A stretch of 64,000 nucleotides of DNA from Hormiphora californensis (Eukaryota; Animalia; Ctenophora). Below are positions 56,356 through 64,000 of the stretch, piece by piece (within the stretch, counting starts at the first letter, position 1; each line of letters opens with the position of its first letter). The notes beneath the pieces were generated by a model that was not told where the DNA came from, ran no database searches, and was given only the letters and a program-made list of their open reading frames with translations. Both the position numbers and the translations under genes were made by a program. The stretch spans positions 1,488,001 through 1,552,000 of the forward strand of contig CM035356.1 of the NCBI GenBank assembly GCA_020137815.1. Direction: 5' to 3'.

Positions 56356-59252
56356 TTATAATTTCGCTTTCCTCTTCTTGACTTTCTCCCCTCCCTCACT
56401 CTTCCTCTTCTTCTTCTTCCCTGTCCCCTCTTCCTCTAACATCGCATCTCCATTAGCTTTCACAGTCCTCTTAACGGATATAATGGTATTTCCAGAGAGA
56501 GCAACATCCCCCACATCTCCATCATCCATCTTTATCGCAAACTCATCATCATGTCCAATCAGATCCTTCACCTCTCTCCCTGTTCTCTTTCTCCTTCGCT
56601 TTGAACTCCTCCTCAGCCTTGTTCAGCTCCTCAGCAAGGGTTGACAGTGGGGCACCGTTAGGAACCTTACTGGTAGGGAGTGATCATCTCAGAGCTAATT
56701 TCAGCTTTCCATGCCTCCTCCATGTGTGTCACGGTCTTCTTCATGATCTTTTTGAAGATCCCCATAATTTGGCTGGTTTCCAACTCTGGGTAGAGGGTGG
56801 ATGTTTGATCAACACTCCTGTATTGTAGACCCAGGGATATGAGAATTGATGATTGGAGCGGGGATAAGTTCAGGTTGATCTTTCCCCCAAAGTACAGTTT
56901 AGTAACAGTTGGTACCAGATCCAGGATTATGTGATAATCAGTTAGGTTGTCAGTATAACTTTTCAACCTTCTAAAGTCATACTTGCTTACTACCCCACTC
57001 CACGATTCACTACCAGCAGGTGCTGTATTGAGTACCCCACTACTGTTTACAAGATTAAGAACCATTTGAGGAGGGAGCTTTCTGAACTCATAACCTAGCA
57101 AGTTCAGCAGCCGGCAAGAGAAATCCGAGTGGTATTCGTTCAGCCAGGATTGTCCCCAGCTCTGGACCATGATGCAGGTGTGCTCTCCCGTTATATCGTT
57201 CGGTGTTTGCCGCAGATACACACTCTGGAACTTCTGTCGCTTCCAAAACCGAAGGAGTTGAGGGGTTATACCATAACTTACCCCGATATAATCAATCGAT
57301 TCTGGTGTCCGCTCATTCAGTGATACAAGTAGAGTTTGGTCGTCCTTAGACTCGCTAGTCGCTATCTTTCCCTGGTAGTACTGGCTCAGTAGGTTGATGG
57401 CATGTTTTCCATAGCCCATACTTTGGAAGTCAGGGTGTGTGGCGATCCGGACCACTCTCACCCCAGATAACTCTCCAAAGTTGGGATCCTGGAACTGCTG
57501 GCAAAGAGTCCAGGGGATCAAGTCACCGGCTGACCTGTGCCCCTTCTCCAACTCGGCCATAACGATAGCTTTGTTAATCTGACCTTCAAAACACACCTGC
57601 ACCACACAAAGAACCTCAGGGAGGGATGCTGATTCTGGGTCTATCGGACCTAACAACACCAGCAGCTGATGAGCAGGGGCATCCGATAACAGTTGCAGAT
57701 CATTGGGAGAGTTCTTGTAGTGACTGGAAACGTAGAGCGTCATGATCCGATGCAGGAATGCTTCCGATGCCTTGTGGTAGCTGAACAATACATCCTTGTT
57801 GACGAAATACAAGGAACAATCAGCGGGAATTGGACAGCCCGATATAATCCGGGGTGAAGCATCTAAACAAAGGAGTTTGTTGAGCCATGCCTCCACAGGA
57901 TCTCCATCTTTGTACCTTATCGGTTCCTCTAGTTTTAGTTCGCTCAGTGCCTTCCCGCCAAGTTTCTGGGATTGCGTTCTCAGTTCATCAAACAGTTTTA
58001 TAGACAGCGACCGACCAGTTCCCTCATATCCATGAACCGTGGAGGAGAGCAGCACCAAATAGGGCCCAAACATTTGCTTAACAAGGTGGAGAGGAATAGC
58101 CCCGGCTTCATCAATAACCAACAGCTCCGCTTGTAACAGTTTCCCAGCCTCGTCAGGCTTGATGTACTGAATGGTCTGTCTGTGATCTCTATACACATTC
58201 ACTCTCACCACTGACTTCACGTTGTTCTCCGTGCTCTGGATGATCTCATAATCAGTATGTTCCTGGAACCCCAGCACATCGAATCCCTTCATAACAAACT
58301 CGAACAATGTCTTCAGATTGTCCGGGGAGGGAGATGTCACGAAGATGTTTGAGTAGCCAAATGCTATACTGGTTGCCATTGCCAAACCAAGAGCAGCTGA
58401 TTTCCCCCGACCTCTAGAGGCAGTTAGGGTGATAGTTGAGCGGAGCGCCTTCTCAGATATCACATCCACAAATTTAACCAGAGCATTAGCTTGATCCAGA
58501 GTTTTACACAGCCCCACAACAGAGCCAACAGGTTGTGTATCAGCCAGGGTGTCCTTTAGTTTTCCAAGCTCCTCGTGTTGCGACTGGCGGAGGTTTGTAG
58601 GAGGGTTTACATTTTTAGCAGAAAAGGGCAGTACCTCCAGATTGTCAGTCAGCACGAGACAATTTGAACAGTCAGTCAGGGAGAGGAGGAACCTTTTGTT
58701 AAACCTCGGCACTACAGTGTGATATGCAGAAGTTTTAAACCGGTCATGACAGTCCATCTGTAGATCATAGAGCTGCTTCACATCGCTCACCGAGTTGAGG
58801 ACCATGACGACCAATCCTCCACCCTGGACAGTCTCAATGGTCCGAGCAAGGACATTAGGGGTGACAGCCTCGAAGTCCTGTAGTACACACATCCCATACG
58901 TGTTTCCCAGAATGTTATGGCTCTCCTTGTAGTACAGGTATCTGATTTCGGTGGCCGAGATAAACATCTCAAATGTATCGTCCTTGTTTGGATCGAGAGT
59001 ACCAGCTTTAATTTTCTTCTTGATCATTTTCATCCTTTTCTTCTTGTGTGTGGTGAACCCGAGATCATTCTTGTAGCACCACAACACATTGGGACGGGCT
59101 GCTATGGTAGCCTTACTGAGGAGATGATGGAGTATGACGACCTGATCTCGTGCCCGCTCCCCGACCACAGCAAAAAGTCCACGGTGGCCAGATTTCACTG
59201 ATTCTTGGATAATTTTGTGTATCCTACTGTCGAGCTTCTTTGACTGGACCAT
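56356..59252 (-). CDS. NAT10: RNA cytidine acetyltransferase NAT10/Kre33; intronless CDS with two apparent +1 frameshifts near the 3' end
   Basis: KKLDSRI, VLWCYK, ILGNTYGMCVLQDFEA, TASRGRGKSAALG (P-loop), LVIDEA, GYEGTGRSLS, SHYKNSPNDLQ and RIATHPDFQSMGYG (GNAT). The tail continues in other frames as PLSTLAEELNKAEEEF and EVKDLIGHDDEFAIK...KKRKAKL*. Confidence 0.95.
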
Positions 59253-59313
59253 CTAGAAGGGAATTCAAAGGTAAATAAAGGTTAAATATTTAGCAAAATT
59301 CAGCAGAAAGGTA

Positions 59314-59358
59314 GAGTTTCAAACTTTCATCAACTACAACGTAAAACTATTTATTGAG
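59314..59358 (+). other. Spliced-leader-like 45-mer at the LINE 5' end
   Basis: GAGTTTCAAACTTTCATCAACTACAACGTAAAACTATTTATTGAG resembles ctenophore SL exons as I recall them (GAGTTT(C)AAACTTT..CAAC..CTAC...TTGAG). It is followed by GCGG, not a GT donor. Confidence 0.7.
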
Positions 59359-59425
59359 GCGGCACCCCCCCTCAATTGTTTCAGTCGTATGACCCTACAA
59401 TAATCGGAGGAGGCTGATTACAAAT

Positions 59426-60772
59426 ATGACTGCAACAACTGTAGTGCAACCTGAAAAGTCGGCTGACAAGAAGTCGAAAAAAGAGCCTGTGAGGACTGTG
59501 ATACCTGAATTTCTGCTGGCCGAAGCACCTCCCCGCGCCAAAGCGGTACTTGAGTTCTACAACAAGCTGGAATGCAAGGTGGACGCCATGTTGAGCGAAG
59601 TTATCATCAAGATCAAGTCCAAGTTTAGTGCGCCGTACATCGAAGAACTTGCTAACTACCTATCTCTAGACATTCGGCAAACTGAAAATGACAAGGGCTA
59701 CAGAAATATTCCTGTCCTAATTCACCGCTGTATTTTGAAAGTCAGGTCATATACCCCGAGCACGTGCGGGGTCTGCTTGGAAAGTTACTGTGTCGAGAAA
59801 GACACTGTACCCGTTTTCACTTGTTGGATGTGTTTCCAGGGAAGCCACGACTGTGAAGGAGTTGCCAAAATCTTCTCCACCCTGTACACCATCACTCAGC
59901 CACTGACGGGATTTAACTGGACCTGCCACTCCTGCACCGAGAAGAGTAGTCTCGATCTAATGTCGAGGATACCTGTTATCCCGGGGAAAGACGAACCCGT
60001 GATAGTGCCAGACGAAATCGCCGATCCCCCTGGCATTGCTGCAGAAGTTGTAGCTGAAGAGGTACCAGCTGGGGAATCTTATACGGCCCCTTGTACATTC
60101 CTTGCAGAAGGCTACTGCAGGCACGGGATATCCGGGAAAAAGGAAGTGAATGGGAAAACCTGCCGTTTTACCCACCGTAAAGTCTGCAGAAAATTCAAGC
60201 TGTACGGATCTCACTCACGCCATGGGTGTAAGTTGGGTGCAAAGTGCTCAAAACTGCATCCAAAATTATGTGAGGGCTCACAGCGGAGAATGAAGGAGCG
60301 GCAGTGCCTAAACCCTGATTGCCCACATCTCCACCTCAAGGGTACACGAAGGAAAGTGGAAAACCCTGAAAGGAGAGAACGTCAGGAAGTTGTTAGGACA
60401 ACACAGCAACCTAACACTCACGCCACTGACCACAGAGAGAGAGTGCAGGATGAACAACTCCCTCTTAGCGGCTCACCATTGCGACCAGTTTCGCAGCAAA
60501 ACCCTGGACACTTACAATCGGGTTTTCTGAGCATTGTTTTGAAGGAGGTCAGGAATGCGAGAGAAGAATCACTGAGGCAAGCGGACAGAATGGAAGAAAT
60601 TCTCTCCCAGCTTGGTCCAACCCACAACGAGTCAATACTGCACAACCAGCTAGCCCACCACTTACAAGCACACCCGCCGGTGCAGTACACTCTACCAACA
60701 GGTACCCTCACTCAAGGAGTACATCGGCAACTACCGACCCAAATACTGCCCTCTCAAAGATTATCCTACTAA
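59426..60772 (+). CDS. LINE ORF1 protein, 448 aa (PHD-like finger plus three CCCH-type fingers)
   Basis: CGVC...CWMCFQGSHDC...WTCHSC; CTFLAEGYC...CRFTH; CRKF...GCKLGAKCSKLH; CEGS...CLNPDCPHLH. Confidence 0.85.
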   Translation: MTATTVVQPEKSADKKSKKEPVRTVIPEFLLAEAPPRAKAVLEFYNKLECKVDAMLSEVIIKIKSKFSAPYIEELANYLSLDIRQTENDKGYRNIPVLIHRCILKVRSYTPSTCGVCLESYCVEKDTVPVFTCWMCFQGSHDCEGVAKIFSTLYTITQPLTGFNWTCHSCTEKSSLDLMSRIPVIPGKDEPVIVPDEIADPPGIAAEVVAEEVPAGESYTAPCTFLAEGYCRHGISGKKEVNGKTCRFTHRKVCRKFKLYGSHSRHGCKLGAKCSKLHPKLCEGSQRRMKERQCLNPDCPHLHLKGTRRKVENPERRERQEVVRTTQQPNTHATDHRERVQDEQLPLSGSPLRPVSQQNPGHLQSGFLSIVLKEVRNAREESLRQADRMEEILSQLGPTHNESILHNQLAHHLQAHPPVQYTLPTGTLTQGVHRQLPTQILPSQRLSY

Positions 60773-63762
60773 ATGGGAGAAGTATTTCACCAGCCGCTGG
60801 GGGGAACACTCGGTGGAAACTCCCCTTCATCGAGGCTGTTTTGCTCAACAACCCAAACTCACCGCCGACAGTTGCCCTTGCAATAACTGAGTCATGGTTG
60901 AAAAACTACATTGCAGACGCCCAAATCAAAATGCAGGGATACAGCACCTTCCGTTCTGACCGTCCTGATCGGAAAGGAGGAGGTTGTGTGTTATACATTC
61001 GTGAAGACATCCCAATCAGCTATGCATACTCATTCAGTGACCGGGAATGCAGTCTGGTATTGGCTTTTAGTAAAGCTAAAAACATGTTGTTTTCATGTAT
61101 CTACCGTCCCCCCGAATCATCTGACCAGTCCTTCATCACAGTTATGAACGATCTCCAAGATAAAATTGATCTCCTGTCCAATGAAAGGAGCCCTGAAATG
61201 TTTATCATGGGCGATCTAAACTTGCCATTGTTCAACTGGAAAGAAGAATCCCTACCGTCAGCTGCTGCTAACATAGCAGCTTATCAACGAACTGTGAACT
61301 TCATCGAGGAAAACTTCCTGACTCAGGTCGTTGACAAACCAACCAGAGGCAATAATATTCTGGATGTTATAATGACCAACTCACCACAATACGTATCAAC
61401 TGTGACAACTGAAGAGACAAAGATCTCTGACCACAGAATAGTTGACTGTACCCTGGTGATAAACCCCCTTATGAAGACAGCAGATACCATCAAAAAGTGG
61501 GACCACATGAGTTTTCGAGGGTTGGACATTCCAAAAGCCAATTTTGAAGAAATGAATGTGGACATTGCTTCTGTTGACTGGGACAAACTGCAGACATTAT
61601 GTGAAGAGTCTGGAGACCCTGTTGGTGACAAATTCAAAGAACTTTTCATTCTAACTGTTTTGCAAATCACCATCAAACACACCCCTCAGAAGATTCAGCG
61701 GAGAAAATTCAGCCCCCTGGAACCACTGAGAAGGAGAAGGCGGAAGTTAAAAGCAAGACTTGGAGCAATTTCTTCTGTCAACGTTAACATCTCAAAAACT
61801 GAAGAACTCCAAGACGAACTCACAGCACTTGAGGACAAGATACAGAACGCTGTAGATGAATCGATCGAAAAGAAGGAACACAGTTCCATTAAGACGATCA
61901 AGGAGAATCCACGATATTTCTTCTCCTACGCTAAACGACTTTCAAAAGTTAAATCGAACATCGCCCCCCTCAAACGTGATGACGGAACACTCACCACGGA
62001 CAATACTGAAAAAGCGGAACTCCTGCAAAAACAGTACTGCAGTGCCTTCAGTGATCCAGACGGGGGAGACTTGCTGAAAAGTCTCTCTTGGGTAGAGGAT
62101 AGCAATACGATTTTAGAGGATTTCATTTTTACCTCAGAGGACATCAAAGGAGCTCTCTCTGAGCTTGATCCTGCTTCTGCCGGACCAGATGGTGACATCC
62201 CTGCTAAAATTCTCAGTGCTTGTAAAACCACTCTCGCTGTACCACTCTTTCTTCTTTGGGAGCGGTCCTTCGAAGAAGGAATAACACCCCCTAACCTGAA
62301 AAAACAATACATCACACCAATCTTCAAGCGTGGTGATAAAACTCTGGCTGTTAACTACCGCCCTGTTTCGCTGACTTCTAACTTGCTAAAAACGTTTGAG
62401 CGAGTTGTACGAAATAAGTTAGTGGAACACCTGGAAAGTAACAATCTCCTACCAGACAGCCAACATGGATTTAGGAAGCAACGGAGCTGTCTCACACAAC
62501 TACTCGATCACATGGATGGAATTTTTCGAGAGTTAAACAGTGGAAATGAAGTCGATGTTATCTATTTGGACTATTCCAAAGCCTTCGACCGTGTCAACCA
62601 CACCATTCTCATTGCCAAGCTGGAAAAGCTAGGTATTAGAGGGAAAGTACTAAAGTGGATAAAAGACTTCCTTACTGGCCGGTATCAAACAGTAACCGTC
62701 GACGGAGAAAAATCGAACTTTGAGCTTGTCAAAAGTGGGGTACCTCAAGGAACCGTACTTGGACCAATCCTCTTTATCATCTACGTAGCTGATCTCCAGA
62801 GCCAAGTGATCCACAGCAAAATCAGAACCTTTGCGGATGACACCAAGCTCCAGAAGAGCGTCGACTCGGAAGAATCAGGAGCAGAAATGCAAGAGGATCT
62901 TCAGCGTGTGGTGGAGTGGTCTGCAGCCAATTGTATGACACTCCATGAGGACAAGTTCGAGGTCATCCACTACACTCTGAACAGAACGTCCCTTCTCAGA
63001 GAACTCCCTTTCACTCATGAGTTAAGCTTATATGTGACTCCAGGTGATAACGAAATACAGCCAAAGGATACAGTGAAAGACCTTGGCATCACCCTCTCAA
63101 ACAATGGCTCCTGGACAGACCATGTAATGAGGATTTCATCAGAAGCACGACGGATGGCCGCCTGGGCACTGAGAGCTTTTAAAGATAGGTCAGTGACCAC
63201 TATGCTGACACTCTACAAGTCACTAATAAGGTGCAAAGTAGAATACTGCTCACCTCTGTGGTCGCCCTACAAGATTGGTGACATTCAGGCTCTGGAAAGC
63301 ATCCAGAGACAGTTTACACGACGGATCGAAGACATGGCACAACTTGACTATTGGGAGCGGCTGAAAAAGCTAAGACTTATGTCATTACAACGTCGGCGGG
63401 AGCGATATTCGATAATACAAATGTGGAAAATCTACAATGGTGCAGCACCTAATAGCACGAATACCCGGTTTTACCATCATCAACGGCTCGGCGTCCGAGC
63501 CGAAGTACCTACTCTTTACAGTGGAGCACAGAAGTCATTCTCAACAAAATACTTCCATTCATTTGCTGTAAGGGCCGCTCGGCTATGGAACACATTGCCG
63601 AAAGAGGTTAACACAGCAGCGACCTTAGATACGTTCAAGATCCTGCTGGGCCGTTGGCTGGACCACTTCCCTGACAATCCACCTGTGAAGGGTTATTCTA
63701 CCCGGAACAACAATTCTATCATGGACTGGGTTTTGGAGGTTCGAGCTAAAGGGGGATGCTGA
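60430..63762 (+). CDS. LINE ORF2, APE endonuclease plus reverse transcriptase; frame open from 60430 and overlapping ORF1
   Basis: KIILLNGRSI (upstream of the track's TTG start at 60841), ITESWL, GGGC, IYRPP, MGDLN, LDVI, SDH; NYRPVSLTS, QHGFR, YLDYSKAFD, GVPQGTVLGP, FADD, KDLGI. Confidence 0.93.
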
Positions 63763-64000
63763 AAAGACTGACACCGTTTACGATTCTGTAATGAAGTTTA
63801 TTTATCAAGTTTATCAAGTTTATCAAGAAAATATTCGAAAAGTCACTTTTCAAAATTCAAAAGTGAGTTCAACAAATAAAAAAACTAAAAAGTTTGTCAC
63901 AGGGATCCCTAATAAAGTTGTGACTTGTCACTGTAGTCTTGCGGAGGCGCGGTTGTGACTTGTCACCGCGTGTGCGCGTACCAAAACGCACGTGGTTCCC

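Larger units (their letters stand above)
59314..63827 (+). mobile_element. Full-length, intact non-LTR retrotransposon (CR1/L2 group)
   Basis: ORF1 with zinc fingers, ORF2 with APE endonuclease and reverse transcriptase, short 3' UTR containing GATTCTGT, and a (TTTATCAAG)3 tail at 63801-63827. No poly(A) and no clear TSD, as is common for CR1/L2. Confidence 0.92.

Noticed and set aside
56640-56675. Intron starting at CA|GTAAGG to explain the NAT10 stop
   Set aside because: NAT10-like sequence resumes within ~30 nt with no pyrimidine-rich acceptor; a 1-bp indel is simpler.
59314-59430. SL RNA gene
   Set aside because: The leader-like sequence is followed by GC rather than a GT donor and runs straight into the LINE 5' UTR.
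60770-60890. TAA-ATG stop/start coupling as the route to ORF2
   Set aside because: The ATG at 60773 is in the ORF1 frame, not the ORF2 frame, and closes after ~38 codons.
59290-63850. Target-site duplication of the LINE
   Set aside because: The flanks (…CAGCAGAAAGGTA and AAAATATTCG…) share no exact adjacent duplication.

Overview
Eukaryotic, intron-rich animal DNA; the leader-like sequence described below suggests a ctenophore (inference). Recognisable host genes are a divergent actin-like gene (+), TAK1/MAP3K7 (+), O-GlcNAcase (+), a FEZ/UNC-76-like gene (-) and NAT10 (-). There are also two unassigned multi-exon genes on the minus strand. Introns and intergenic DNA hold many non-autonomous DNA transposons: a 1.3 kb TTAA-flanked foldback element, Tc1/mariner- and pogo-type MITEs, two G7-terminated elements with 8-bp target duplications (Merlin-like), a triple-nested insertion, and micro/minisatellites. 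The highlight is an intact, full-length CR1/L2-group LINE (59314-63827). Its 5' end is a 45-nt sequence resembling, from memory, ctenophore spliced-leader (SL) exons; it is not followed by a GT donor. The LINE's ORF2 has no AUG ahead of the endonuclease motifs and overlaps ORF1 at an in-frame G_GGT_TTT slippery site. It sits head-to-head with NAT10, 61 bp from its ATG. This suggests a retrotransposon that uses host SL trans-splicing to define its 5' end and -1 frameshifting to make ORF2. Several host ORFs carry frameshifts, the locatable ones at short homopolymers, that look like sequencing or assembly errors.
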